Shown here: positions 26,785 through 39,354 of the stretch, piece by piece | Layout: the number at the start of each line of letters is the position of its first letter | How positions within the stretch are numbered: the first letter of the stretch is position 1 | Assembly (NCBI RefSeq): GCF_003704095.1 | Contig: NW_020845097.1 | Location: forward strand, 62,001-126,000 | Length of the DNA: 64,000 nt | Reading direction: 5' to 3' | From: Pocillopora damicornis | Taxonomy: Eukaryota | The notes under the pieces: model-generated | Seen by the model: only the letters and a program-made list of their open reading frames with translations | What the model was told of the DNA's origin: nothing | The model's database searches: none | Made by a program: the position numbers and the translations under genes

Positions 26785-27297
26785 ATAAATAATTACAATT
26801 TTCTCCATTGTGATTGGTTTTAAAGACTCCTATTTTCCACAAGTTCACTTGCCAAGTTTTTATTGGACAGTTTGTTATCAGACAGTTCAATAAGCCAACC
26901 ACACTCATAGTTGTAGTTTGAATCAACCAATAACAACCTTGGTTTCAATCACCACAGAAACAGTGCATAGACTCCTAAATTTGGGCTTTCTTCAAAATGG
27001 AGATTTTTTTCCCCCTTGAACAATGACAATATTTTAGAGAACCAGTGATTTTGTTTATCCTATGGCACAAATGTTTATGCCAACAGTCCAGATTGCAAAT
27101 CTTGGCTATTCTTCTTTTTTCAGAAATTGTAACTTTTATGATTAATTGGTAATAATACTTTATGTCCTTCAATTCAGTCTGTAATGATCATACTTGTAAT
27201 AAACAAATCAGACTCCCACTACACAGTCATCCAGTTTTGTTATCACTCATATGATTATAGACTGAATTGGACTCTACTCATTCCTATTACCATTACA
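26785..27297. repeat. Interspersed repeat with an internally quasi-palindromic 3' part; a related segment lies at ~29046-29192
   Basis: The block AATTCxGTCTGTAA..CATA...AACAAATCxGACTC...TTGTTAxxCACTxxTATGAT..AGA..AATTxGACTC occurs at both 27171-27297 and 29070-29190. Confidence 0.55.
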
Positions 27298-28832
27298 AAT
27301 AGTGAAGAAATGCAAGTGCAGAAAAAATTGTGTGAAATAAGTCAAATAATACCAAGAGTACAAATGACATGTGAGTTGAGTGTAAATATCCTACAATATT
27401 GAAAAGTTGGTTGTTTTGTACTGTAAAAAAACCTGTTTAACAGGTTGGCTATGCACACTATGGATATCAACTATAGAAGTTGGATAATAAACAACTTTTT
27501 AAGTCATTTTGGTGTGAATTACAACTGAGTACTTTCACTCCTTGTTTGTATTTTGACTTGCCCTATGGACTCAGTAAAATACAGCCATGACCTGCAAAAA
27601 TACAAAGTGATATACACAAAAACTACTAAGAAGGTATATTTACATATCTGCAACTATGTATCATGATTTGTCAGGGTTTTCAAAAACTTGAAAAAAATAA
27701 AAGTCATTTGGTTTTCTCTTTCTTTTGTTTGGAAACCCTGATGAAACACTTGCACTCATTTTTGAAATAGTACATCAATAATTTTTTTTCCCTCCTTTAG
27801 AATCTAAAACAATATCACATAGAGTTCTAGCACTAGCTTTTGTAAATTTAGCTATCCTTCAACCATTACTATCTACAAATTATCTGAAATATTTACATTA
27901 CTGTAACTATATAATGCCACATCTGAGCAAAGTTATTCCTTGTTATTCCCTTCCTAATATATTTCTAAAAATCACTATTTGTCTGTAAATCATTTTGGCT
28001 TGATTGCATGCATAATATATGTGAATTTAGCACAAAAAAAATTGAAAAAGTACCTACTTTGAACAGGCCCTCCCCCCTCAAAAAAAAGCTAAAAAATGAA
28101 CTCCTCTAATAATAACATCTCCAATATACATTCAACATTCTTCATGTGCTTCATTAGGTGTTGTCATGTAACACACTATCTGGTAGGAAAGGGGAATAGG
28201 TTTGTGCCATGGAAAGACCAAAAAACAGTTGCATAGGAGGCTTCTGAGGCACTGCATTAAAAAAACTTTAAAAAACTTAAAAAATCCCATGTCTCTCTTT
28301 AAAGCTCCTCCAGAGAAATATCCACAATCAGTTAGAACCGGTAAGTCTTTTCTTAAAGAGAACATGAGGAATTAATTAATTGTGGAACTTTCACATAAAT
28401 TTCTGCTTCGATGAAAAGTTGACTACCTACAGCTAAGATGAGGCTGAGGCAATTCATATTGCATCTCCACCACAGTTTTAAGCTACATGAAGCTTCCATT
28501 TGTTTTCTGTCGTTAAAACATAATAACACACTCCACTTCTTAATCCTTCACTTCCAAGATATCATTAATAATTCTCCTTACTGTCTACAATACAATACAT
28601 ATGATGTCAGTATTTCAGTATTAGATCAACTAATAATCCCCAATTAAAACTATAACAAAATTTGGGAACATGATCGGTTATCACCAGCCTGATCAAACAT
28701 GAAAAGGACAGTGTACACATCATACTTGTAATTGGATAGTACTCATCAAGTGTGGGTGCTGTTACCATGCATTTCACAAAGCAAAAAGTTTGAAAGTATA
28801 TAACCAATCTGGTTTTTTTGTCATAGTTTTGA

Positions 28833-29045
28833 TTAACCCTTTCACTCCCAAGATCTGATTAGTAATTCTCCTTACTATCTGCCATACAATTCTTATGATG
28901 TTAGTTCAGAGAATTTGGTATTGGATCAACTAATAATCCCATGATTGATAGATCTTCTCTATTCTCATCACCTGCCTGCTTGATATTGTATTGATATTGT
29001 AAGGAGAAATTCTGTCTTGGTCACTTGTGGGAGTGAAAGGGTTAA
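28833..29045. mobile_element. piggyBac-type MITE, the best-preserved copy
   Basis: TTAA-CCCTTTCACTCCCA...TGGGAGTGAAAGGG-TTAA: perfect 14 bp TIRs and a TTAA TSD. Confidence 0.9.
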
Positions 29046-29636
29046 TTGGTAACAGGATTTAATATCATCCAATTCTGTCTGTAACCATATGCCTAATTAA
29101 CAAATCGGACTCATACTTTTAGGTCATTTGATTTGTTAATCACTTGTATGATCACAGAACAAATTCGACTCCACTCTGTCCCACTACCAGTACTCATTGA
29201 TATTTCCCTTTGTTTTCATTCTCATTCTGTCTTGGTCACTCATGGGAGTTACAGGGTTAAGATAAGTGAGCCATATGAGGTGGTGTGCTCCTGCTTAATA
29301 ATCAGGCTTGTAGACTCAGAATTTAGTCAAGGGCCTTTTTTGAGCCCTGGCTGTTTCATGGTTTTGCATGTTGGGTGAGACACTTTCTCCTCTCACAAAG
29401 CTTCTCTTCATCCAGGTGTATAAACATGTTCAAGCAAACTGTCAAAATATCAATGGGTAACCCATGACAGAGAAGCATTCTCTCCTGCAGGAGAAAGGAT
29501 ACTCCTAAACACTACCTCGTGCAGTGTTAGGGCCACTACCTCCATACAACATAAACCAAACATGTAGTGTAAAACACTGCAACATGTAATGTTCAACAAA
29601 AATCTATTCTCCATCCACAGAGGAATGTCTCCCATT

Positions 29637-31758
29637 TTATGTTGATTTACACTTGCATTTGGACTTCTTTGAACCTTTCGTCAACTTTACCTTATCATCA
29701 GTCTCAGCCAGTTCAATTTTAATTGTACCAAGGTCAACAGACCTTGTGAGAAGCTGAATCATTTTTTTGAACATGTCTTCAATATTTCCAACATCTAAAG
29801 CACTGACCTCTAAGTAGCTTAGCCCATGACATTTGGCAAGCTCTTCACCCTCCTCACGAGAAACTTTGCGATTCTCTTCTTGGTCGATTTTGTTGCCAAT
29901 GAGAATAATCAAAGCATTAGTTTCAGTGCAGTAAAGGTGAGCTAGGTCAAGCCACCTGGAAATGTGCTGGAAAGTTTCACGATTTGTTACATCACACACC
30001 AGAAAAATGCCATGTACTCCACGAAAATACATGGCTTGCACTGCAAAGAACTGCTCTTGTCCAGCAGTATCAACTACTTCTAAATGTACAAACTTGGAGC
30101 CATACTTAAAGGACTCAATGTCAACTTCTAAGCCTATGGTCATTGTACTCATAAAAATGTCATATGCAGGGTTTCGAAAGCGCTGAAAAAGGCATGACTT
30201 CCCCACTCCCCTATCACCTATGAAGAGGATCTTAAATTTGTAGTCATAACTGGGTTGACGCTGCACCTTCTCAATTACAGCTTCTTCATTCATTTCATAA
30301 GACTCAGAATGCCGCACTAGGTTCCACTTGTGCTTCTCTAATTCTATTTTGATATCTTTAGCAGATGGACGACAGCTGCTGTCATTCTCCAAACACCTGA
30401 GTACTAAACTTTGTACTAAATGATCTCCCATCTCGTTGATGTCAGCTTTGCGACGTTCATATTCACTAACCTTCTTCCCGCCTGAAAGAAATTAACATAA
30501 CAAAAGAGTTACATTAAACTCTTTGCAAGAAATAACTGACAATCACTTTATTGAAACACTTTATTGTAAACCAGGCATTTTGAAAAAATGTTCTTTTAGG
30601 CAGGAATTTAATGGTACTAGAGTGTGATTTTGTTGAGTTATTAGAAAAAATATAAACAATGAACTGCTTGTGATGATGCTCTAAAAGCAAGATGGCTATT
30701 AGGCCACTTGAGTAGAATACTAGGACATCATGTGTGTGTGGTACATACAATTTCAGTTGAGTGAGGGCAACAAGTTTGTCAACCACATTTTGACGTTAAA
30801 ATCATATTGTTGTCATGGGCAACTGGCTGTTTTTCCAGTAAGGACATGTCTATGGGCCTCTTTTGGCAGGTTTTCACCTGTGATGGTTGGCAATGCACAG
30901 CCATTAATTAAGACTCAGTTACCTCTGGAAACGAGGAAGGTTGCCCATGATCAAACAGTAATTTTATGACCAAAACCCCATCACCAAACATTTATTGCAC
31001 ATCACTCAACTAATAATCATAATACCTTTGGTAATTGGAGAAATTGGCCAGACTTTAGGCTCATGACCAACAGCCATGGCCAGTAACATGACACCAAAAG
31101 AAAATATATCCACTCGGGGACCATACTTTGCATCGTTCACGATTTCAAAATTCTCCATAGCTGGATATGTTTCTGGTGCTGCATAAACTGGTGTGCCTCG
31201 CACGGGAGTTGCATACATTTCGTACCCTTGGACAAAAACTTTAGCCACGCCCATGTCCGCGATCTTGGCAGTGCCGGTATCTGTTAGTAGGATATTTTTT
31301 GTCGCCAGGTCGCGATGGACAATTGGATTTTCTAAGCCATGCATAAACTGAAGACCTTGAATCACGTCTAAGGCTATGCATATCAGATGAATTAGTGGGA
31401 CTTTTGGGGACGACTTCGATTCTCTAATGAACCTTTCCAGATCACAGTGCAAAAGTTCTGTAATAATTACAGGCAATCTTCCCTTGGGAAACACAACTTC
31501 ATGGAATTTGACCACGTTCGGATGATTGAGTGACTTGAGGGCATCCCATTCTCGCTGGAACTCTTCTCTAAAGTGGTCGATCATTTGGCCGCAGCTATCA
31601 TTAGCGAGAACGGCGTGAAACCTTTTCGCTGCCACTTCTTTTCCTTTCCATAGAGCTTTGTACACTTTTCCATACGATCCCCTTCCAATTTCTCTTTCTA
31701 GCACAAGGTCCTTCACATGAGACTCAAGTGACTCTCCCTCGGCTTGTTCCTGATTCAT
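29637..31758 (-). CDS. Protein kinase-Rab GTPase fusion protein (~525 aa). Coding exons 31758-31026 and 30481-29637
   Basis: Exon 1 carries kinase subdomains I-IX (IGRGSYGKV, VAAK, HPNVV, HRDLATKN, DMG, GTPVYAAPE, DIFSFG). A phase-1 GT-AG intron (31025-30482) joins in frame to GGKKVSEYERR...CLENDSSCRPSA (subdomain XI). The same exon continues into a full Rab domain (GDRGVGKS, TIG, DTAGQE, YFRG, LVCDVT, GNKID, EVSA) ending CKCKST*. Confidence 0.9.
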
Positions 31759-32339
31759 GCTACTAGTTCGTAACTGCCGGTTCTTTCTTCTTACAGCGAC
31801 GACTTCTGAAACATGTTGGGCAAACAAGATAGTGCAGATTGTAAATTAAAGGCAAATCAAGTGAGATTTTCCGTGTATGCAGTTAAAAAGACATTAAATT
31901 AAATATTTTTAGCTAATATTTCGCATCTTTTAGTGTGTCCATGGACGCCAAAATCGAAATACACCATCGCTATGCATTCTGGTTAATGTTATGTCACGCA
32001 CCTTACCCGGACTAAGTAAAAAAACAACAACAACAACAAGAGACTAGCAAAGAAACCTGTCGAGTTCCCCTTTCTGACTAACTTTTAGCCATTTATTGTT
32101 TCTACCTCACACAATGGTTAACTTTTCTTGGAGTCGAAGGCGTGATTCGCCCAAAAATTTCCGATAACGACTCTTATATTTCCGATGGCCACCTCGAATG
32201 ATTACAATGGTTAAGGTTGCGCTCCATTTAAATTTTAATCATGAAACGAAAAAAAATTATCACAGAAAAGTACGATAATTCGTAAACAAATCTCTTTTCT
32301 CGTATTCGAGCGAGTCTATTATGTTTTATTAACTTTGAT

Positions 32340-32372
32340 AAGACCACGCCCATTACCAGGGCATGCGCATAG
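32340..32372. promoter_or_regulatory. Candidate proximal promoter motifs of the kinase-Rab gene
   Basis: CCACGCCC (Sp/KLF) next to GCATGCGCA (NRF1-like). On the - strand, a donor at 32006 and an acceptor at 31806 define a likely 5'-UTR intron. Confidence 0.4.
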
Positions 32373-32387
32373 ACAAGAGAATATCAA

Positions 32388-32587
32388 GTAATTTAGTGTT
32401 AACAACTGAGTTGAAAACGTAAATTAGCCATCGCAAAAGGGTAAAGAAGCTGACGTTTCGAGCGTTAGCCCTTCGTCAGAGCTAATGAAGGGCTAACGCT
32501 CGAAACGTCAGCTTTTTTACTCTTTACGGTGGCTAATTTACGTTTTCAACCCAGTTGTTAACACTAAATTACCTGCTATACTCTCCT

Positions 32588-32620
<33 letters not shown>

Positions 32621-32632
32621 ACCCCCTTTATT
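32388..32632. mobile_element. Penelope-like element terminal fragment in inverted duplication (~185 bp palindrome, 32388-32572), carrying hammerhead ribozyme cores
   Basis: GTAATTTAGTGTTAACAAC...AATTAGCCA is mirrored by TGGCTAATT...GTTGTTAACACTAAATTAC. The centre reads CTGACGA-A-GGGC-TAAC-GCTC-GAAA-CGTC on the - strand. Confidence 0.7.
32449..32482 (-). ncRNA. Minimal type I hammerhead ribozyme motif
   Basis: The reverse complement is GCU-CUGACGA-A-GGGC(UAAC)GCUC-GAAA-CG-UC-AGC: conserved core boxes, a 4 bp stem II and a palindromic ACGU in place of stem III. Confidence 0.55.
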
Positions 32633-33629
32633 CAAGAGAATACCAGTTGATATTCTCTTACCCATGCGCATCCAAGATAGAGAAGGAGACTACCCTCCAA
32701 GCGAGGCCGAGGAAGGATAGAAGAGAGAGCTGCCCTATTTGCGACGCATAGCTAAGACTTTCAAAGTGGGGATTACATGGACGAATTTTATTGCGCCTTA
32801 CGTGAGAGGCTAATACCGCTCCTTTATCTTGTTTATTGGCAAACCTGAATTCATGCAGCGAAAAGGACCGAAAAATATAGCGAATAAGCGCCCACGTTCT
32901 AATAAGCACCCTCCCCCGATTAAGTGCCCACTCTTGGGCCGTAATATTAAACAATCGCCCCCCATGAACAAGCGTCTTTTCCCTCCTTCTTCACTTTATT
33001 AAATAGTAGGGATACGAATTTTTAATAGGGATCCCAAATTTCTTGATATTTCTGCATAAACGATGCTTAAAACCTTTATTTTTCGTTCTCCACAATCATT
33101 AATGACATCGGTCAAGAAATGTTGCCTGAAACTTAGCTTTAAAGAGTTGCTCGCTCCCAAATATTGGCAAAATGTATGAATAATTCAAATCTAACGCAAC
33201 AAAACACATGGTTCATTCGACTTCTTGCCTGACGATATGAGGGAACTTGAACGAAACTAGCTCATTTGATTGTATTCTCAGAGATAAACACTGAAGAAAT
33301 TCGCATACATTGAAGTTTTCTACGAAATCGTTGACTTTCCCGTGCTTGATATGTCCTTGAACCTACATTTTGCTCAAAATTGCTCTGAAAAGCAAAATTC
33401 TTATGAAACGCAAAAATCGCTCGAGGTTTCTAGAACCGCAAAAAGTTGCTCCAAACGCCAAAAGTTTCTGTACGTGATATGGTTTCAGGTACGTGACTGG
33501 AGTCTCTTACAGAACCCCACCCAATCGTGTTCCACCCATCTGGCGCCCCCCATGACTCAGTCACTCCTCATCTCCAAACGGACGTGATATAATAGCCAGG
33601 ATGAGAAAGTTGAGGAAGATGTCGATTAC

Positions 33630-33906
33630 AATATTTATTTATATTTCAGTCAGAATGTCGCGTATGGCTTCTCTTACAACGCCACACCTCAACTTCAGCA
33701 TAACGTATGTGAGCGGCGGCGTTGAGCACCAAATGGAAAGTTAAATAATTTGCCGTTGGGGTTTCCGTTCTCAAACCACACAAATTTTGGTGATTTCGCG
33801 TTGCTGTTTTGCAAAGGACGTGCTGAGCTATTGTTCTGCCCAGTATGTCTTTTGTACTGCCACGTCCTCGTTGGCGTCACCATAATGGTTTGCTTAAGGT
33901 TCCTAA
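33630..33906. repeat. Degenerate interspersed repeat/MITE; related copy at ~54635-54998
   Basis: Both loci share GTTGGGGTTTCCGTTC...GATTTCGCGTTG...TTTT.CA.AGGACG...GGTTTG...TCC(C)TA. Confidence 0.55.
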
Positions 33907-35724
33907 TGAGAAAAAATCGGGTCGTGGACCGTCCTTGCCCGTTTAAGATATCACTTTAGCTAAGTGATCCAGCAGTTTTCTTTCTAAATATAACTTTCCG
34001 TTTAGCTTGAGGCCACATATCCGGCTTTTATGACCTGTAATTGGATCTCTAAGTCACCCACTCACTCAATAATGTCACCTTTTTTAAAAAGATATAACCC
34101 GATCGTATTTTCTGCTTTCCGTTATGTCTTTTTTAGCTGAAACATAAATAAGTCAGTATTTGCTAAAGGAAGGCGTCATTGCACAAGACTTGACGCCTAC
34201 TAGAAGTAAAGGGATCAAACTTAGATTTATTAAAGTTAGATAGCGGAAGTGTTTAAGCTATTAATTCTACAAATCGACTATAGACCAATCATGCGCAGCT
34301 CGCATAGAACTTGTGCGTGTTCCACTGAACATTCAAGGGCGCCATCCATTAATTGAATTATGTAGTGATGCTAAACGGTAACAATCAGAGTTATAGTCGC
34401 TAAAAAGGTTTTTCTTAATGATTCAATCACATAAAAAAAAATAAACTTCTCGTCTTGAGGATCTACGCATTGTGTTGTTTATTAACGGCTAGGTAAGAAC
34501 TTAACTGGTCAATTTGTGGCTTCATGGCACTATGAATGGTCATTTTCATCGAAAAATGCTCCCTTGGTTGGAATCAATTAGATCTTTGGTGAAATCCTTA
34601 CATCCGGTTTGTTTTGGAGATCACGCGAAATCAGCTAAGTCACGCTTTTCAATTAGAGATATTAGTCGAACGCTTTTCTATGACAATTGTAATGCAGACA
34701 TTTCCACACCAAAAATGTTTATTTTTGCATGAGTCCTATCCACTTTTCTTTCCGGTTAAATTTTCAGTTTACAAGTACTCGTCCGCCAAGCGCTGACACT
34801 CACGACAACCTCGTTAAGTACACCGCTCAAAGATTTAATTACCCGGCCGAGCTGTTGGATCTGGACAATCCTTTATTGCCTAAAGGTAAAATTACCCGGA
34901 TGGCCGAAAATTGCTTAGTGCTGATCAATTATAGAATACACTTTTAATCTCTTTCTAGGAGTATTTAATGCAAATCAGATTTCCCCCTATTAGGAAATTT
35001 ATTGAGTGTTAACCGAGAGTTTTCCGGTAACTGAATCCTGAAAGGCCGGTGACTTCGGCTAGAATCCAACCATGCACGATCTTGTTTCGAAAATTATTTT
35101 TTCAAAACTGGAAAATATATACTGTATATTCTCATTGATTTTTAATAAACTTTTCAAAGGAAGCAATGTTTTCTGACATTTCCTTACTCTAGAATATTTC
35201 CATTAGTACTAATACTACATAGGGGTTAGACTAACTCCCTCTGTGCAGAATGTTTGTGTTTGATGAGGGGCAAATTAATAGAGATAAAGAGTAAATTGGC
35301 CTTATTCCAGGTTTCCTAAAACTCCGCCCACGATGCTTCGAATTTTTTTTTTTTTTTTTTTTTTTTTAACCAGACTAGAGTCGAATGAGAGGAAATCGGC
35401 CTTGCATATACAAAACTTGAAGTGAGGAAAATAAAAACTTCTATTCATTTCAGTCGTTATCGGTATCTGCTGAATGTGATATTCAATATATTTGTCTTTC
35501 TTTTGACATTTTTACCCGATTTAAACCCGTCCTGACAGATAAGCCGTCTAAAATAAGCTTTATCTCTGGTAGCAAAGAAGGAAAGCAACCCGATTTCTCC
35601 TTTTTAAGTTTCACTGCTTCTTTTCAGAACGCTGATTTCTTTTAAGATTAAAAAATAAAGATGAACACAAATCAACAAGCGGAAATTGCAAATTATGCGA
35701 TGATTTGAAGTTGTAATAAACGAC

Positions 35725-35900
35725 TGTGAATATATGAAAGTCATATATTTGAACTGCGGATAAAGACGTTAACATGAAAGCGATCTTCGCTGTGATAAAC
35801 CGGCACTACTTGACCAGTACTGAAATTAAGGCCTGAAAAAAAAAATCCAGGCTTCTACGGGATTTGAACCCATGACCTCTTCGATACCAGTGCAGCGCTT
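35725..35900 (-). mobile_element. tRNA-derived SINE fragment; degenerate relative at ~22160-22290
   Basis: The - strand reads AGCGCTGCACTGGTATCGAAGAGGTCATGGGTTCAAATCCCGTAGAAGCCTGGATTTTT (B-box GGTTCAAATCC), followed by a non-tRNA body. Confidence 0.65.
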
Positions 35901-38119
35901 TACGAAGGTTTGAAGTTGTATTTGGGAAAAAAGAAGATATTCCATGCAAAAAATAACTTGCTTTGGAGCGTTCACGCAAGTGACTTACCTCGAGCGAGAC
36001 TGCTCCGCGCGATTCGTGTGCTTGCGTGTGAACACGTTTGGCGCGTGCCAGTGTTATTTTTCGCGCCGATTTCATAGTCAGTAGGATCAATTGGGAGTTC
36101 AAGGCTAAATTATTGGATTATAGATGAGCTGAATGGAAAATTGAATGTTCGAAGTTAATAATATGAAAAATTAATCATGTTCTTCTCTTGCGGAAGGTTT
36201 CCGTTCTTATTTGAAGTCTGCAGCCTACTTTCGTGCTAGCACTGAGCTATCTCGAATAATGTTATATGGCGGTTCGTCTTCGGAAGGGCTTCAGAAAAGT
36301 ACTCAATTAGTTTCCTATAATATCTTGGGTTATTTTGAGGATACGAGCTCCTGGACCTGTTGGCGACTCCTGGCAATAGCATTCCTTCTATGCCCGCTTG
36401 CTTTTGGCTCGATGTAACAAAACTTTTCAAACACACGATAAATCAGGAGCCTCTCCGACTCTTGCATACATTGCCTCATTTGTGTCATTTGTTCACCCCC
36501 CCAGTATGGCGTGCCAAACGCCGCGCGATTCTAGATTTTTCAAAAAGCGTCAATCAAGTTTCATAAACATTGGAAGGGTTTAATCTATAATTTTCCTCTA
36601 CGAAAAAATTCATGGATGCACCCAAAATAGACCTGGAAGAACTCAAAACATGCCGGTTACCTAACCAATTCACAATCCACTAAATTGGTTTTTAAGACAT
36701 CGGCTTTTCGATAACGCATGCTCATGAATACTGCTCTTAAGAAGATTACTGGTGATCTGTTACGACAGCAGGGGGAACGTTTGAGAAAAATAAAATTATT
36801 CAGCTCTTGTTGACAGTATTTAAAACTCCATGGAAAAGAGGAAAGCAAATAAAACTTACTTAGCGCACTTTAGTCCTCTTGATGGTGAAAGTGGGACTGT
36901 TTGTCGAGGAAGATTGTTTGTCTCCCTTGAAACAAGGAAAGCACTCAGTGCTATTTATTCTTTTAAACGCGTGTCGTAAAATGGCTAGCACAAGTGGTGT
37001 GAAATGTATATAGAATCTTGGAAAAAAAGAGAAAAAAAGCGCTTGATTTATAACAAAAAGGAATTTCAATCAAAAAGTTTCTATTTCCTCGAACGCGACG
37101 AGAATAACTTTAAATTGACATACGAAATAAACAGAAAAAACGCCAGCCTTCTGACTCTTTTTGCTATCCATTAAGAGCCGTTATGGCGATGGTTTTGTGT
37201 TATAAGGATTACGTGAAAGGCACTTTGCGTATTAACAGGCTAGAGGTCACAGGCTACCCAATCAAGCCGATTCGATTAAGCGGTTGTGTTTATTTGTGCA
37301 AGAATTATCCGAAGTAACTCAAACGATTCGAGCATACGTATCGCAGGCCATGGAGCTAAATTTAACATGATGTTTAAAAATGGAATGAATTGTGACCCTC
37401 GCAGTTAATTTTTGAACAAAAAGTGAAGGGCGTTATGCGGGAGCGTGACTCGTTTTAAGTCCAACAGAAAAACTATGTGTGCTATCTGATTAACCAGAGT
37501 TTTAAGCTAGACAAAAATTGCTAGAATCTTAGAGCCATATTGTCGTTGTAAAGGTTGCAGATCGAGAGGGGAAAGAGAAATGGCGCCCCTAGAACAATTG
37601 TGAATCTTCTTACCACATGCTCTAATATAGATTAGAGATTAAGTCATGCTAAAGTCGGTAAGGACAGTACTTTCTTTAAAAAACTCTTGGGGGATCGATC
37701 CAGAAGGATTTGCGCGTGATCGTAACTTTACCTCCCAACTTTATTCGTATATATATCCATATCTTCTTCATTTTATCATGTTTACGGCGGCGTTTTTGTC
37801 GGATAGATTTATTGATTTGTCTTTTGAATCCTGTCATGAGTGAAATTACACAGTATGTCTAAATGACAGTTAGAGCATAACTTGACTTTTTTGGGGTGAT
37901 AGGCTACAGCCATCTGTCAATTAATCCGGCCATTTTATCAGCTAAAGTCTTGGTATTAGGTCGGCATATTTCATTTCATAAACTCATGACATATCAGGTA
38001 GTATCGATTTTAACTTGTTGACAAGAAAATACTCCGTGGGAAATAAATTCGAACTTTCTCGCCGGAGGTGTAGTGAGCTGACACAAAAGTAGTATGAGAA
38101 ATCCTTGAACTAAAATCCT

Positions 38120-38242
38120 ATGGTGCAGTGGTGAGAGCGCTGTGGCCTGGGTTCGATCTTCGCATGTGGGCTGAATTTGTTGTTGGTTCTCATCCTTGCT
38201 ACGAAATTTTTCTCCGGGTCCTTCGGTTTTCCTCTTTCCACA
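38120..38242 (+). mobile_element. tRNA-derived SINE fragment
   Basis: TGGTGCAGTGGTGAGAGCG (A-box) and GGGTTCGATC (B-box), then ATGTGGGCTGAATTTGTTGTTGGTTCTC...CTCCGGGTCCTTCGGTTTTCC. Confidence 0.6.
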
Positions 38243-38775
38243 TAACATTATTCCTTCTTGTTAAATATTCGAAAACACAGATGACAACGAGATTAATACG
38301 AGGGCTGCCACATGCATGTACGTAATACTCACCGTAAACTTTGTAGCCTCTCACTGTCTGAATTGCCTCTCTCTTCTTCATTTTCTCACCCGTTAGACTT
38401 AACAAATCTGTTCAAACAACTTTTTAGGTATCCTTCTCTTGGGCCCCCTTTCTTGAAAAAGCGGCTCCCCCCTCCCCTAAAATTAAAGAAGAGGACCCAG
38501 TGGGCCTTCTCAAGCCAATTTTTAGAATAAACCTTGATAGCTAAAAACATGCTTGTACATTTTTACACAATCTTTTACCGTAATGCATCAAGAAGGGTAA
38601 AGTTTATGTCACCTACATCTTCAGTAAGCTAAGGGGTTTTTATCAAATATCTTCTGAAGTGTATTCCTTAAATTATCCGGAAAATGAAATTGTGAAAAGC
38701 GATTACTTTGCTCCTCGTATTTTCAGTTTAGTAAGAACTGAGTTTCAAGGAGTTGGCTAAAATGTTCGTAAGTTT

Positions 38776-39354
38776 ACCGTAATTCCTCGAATAAACGCCT
38801 GGGCACTTATTTAAAATTTCACGAATTTTTAGAAGAAGGAACACGCTAATCCACAAGTCAGGCAAACATGTAGGGTCCTTGCCGACATATCCGAGAACAG
38901 GGTCTTTGTCTAAATTTCGTTTACCCTCTCAAGAGGATTTCGAAAAGTTTTTTCGTGGAATGCTCGATCATTTTGGCCATGGACGAAATCCTGACCAGTG
39001 AGTGAAAGTAAGGTGAATCAAAACAAAAGGTTGGCCAACCAAGGGAACATTTAAAATTTTTTAGAGGCTCTAGTTGAGCATCGTCCAGGAAACGTCATTA
39101 GAGTGGTATCACTAGGAAGCCCTGAGGAAGTGGAGGATGGATGACAATCCCAAAACCATACTATGGAATTATCATCCGACACAAGTTCACCTCTGTTTAC
39201 CGATGAACAGGTTAGGGAGAGGGAGAAGGATTAACGCCCTTCCTTCCTGCAGAAGGGGGTCTCGCNNNNNNNNNNGGTGGCGGCTTATACGGGGGAAGGC
39301 AGAGTTGAAGGCGGAGTTTAAGAGCGTGGGCGCTGATTGGAGGAAATACGGTAT
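38776..39354. mobile_element. Candidate TA-flanked Tc1/mariner-type MITE ends spanning an assembly gap
   Basis: TACCGTAATTCCTCGAATAAACGCC at the left end and GGCGCTGATTGGAGGAAATACGGTA at the right are imperfect inverted repeats with TA ends. The gap at 39266-39275 lies between them. Confidence 0.5.
39266..39275. other. assembly gap
   Basis: run of 10 N. Confidence 1.

Noticed and set aside
29637-31827. Roco/LRRK-type protein, or two separate genes (kinase and Rab)
   Set aside because: There is no COR domain, and the GTPase has Rab motifs and a Cys tail. Kinase subdomain XI shares an exon with the Rab domain, so they are not separate genes. The ORF-track start at 31827 is a TTG in a probable intron.
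36211-36583. Cluster of 60-68 aa ORFs in the intergenic region
   Set aside because: No recognisable domain and no consistent splice-site chain.
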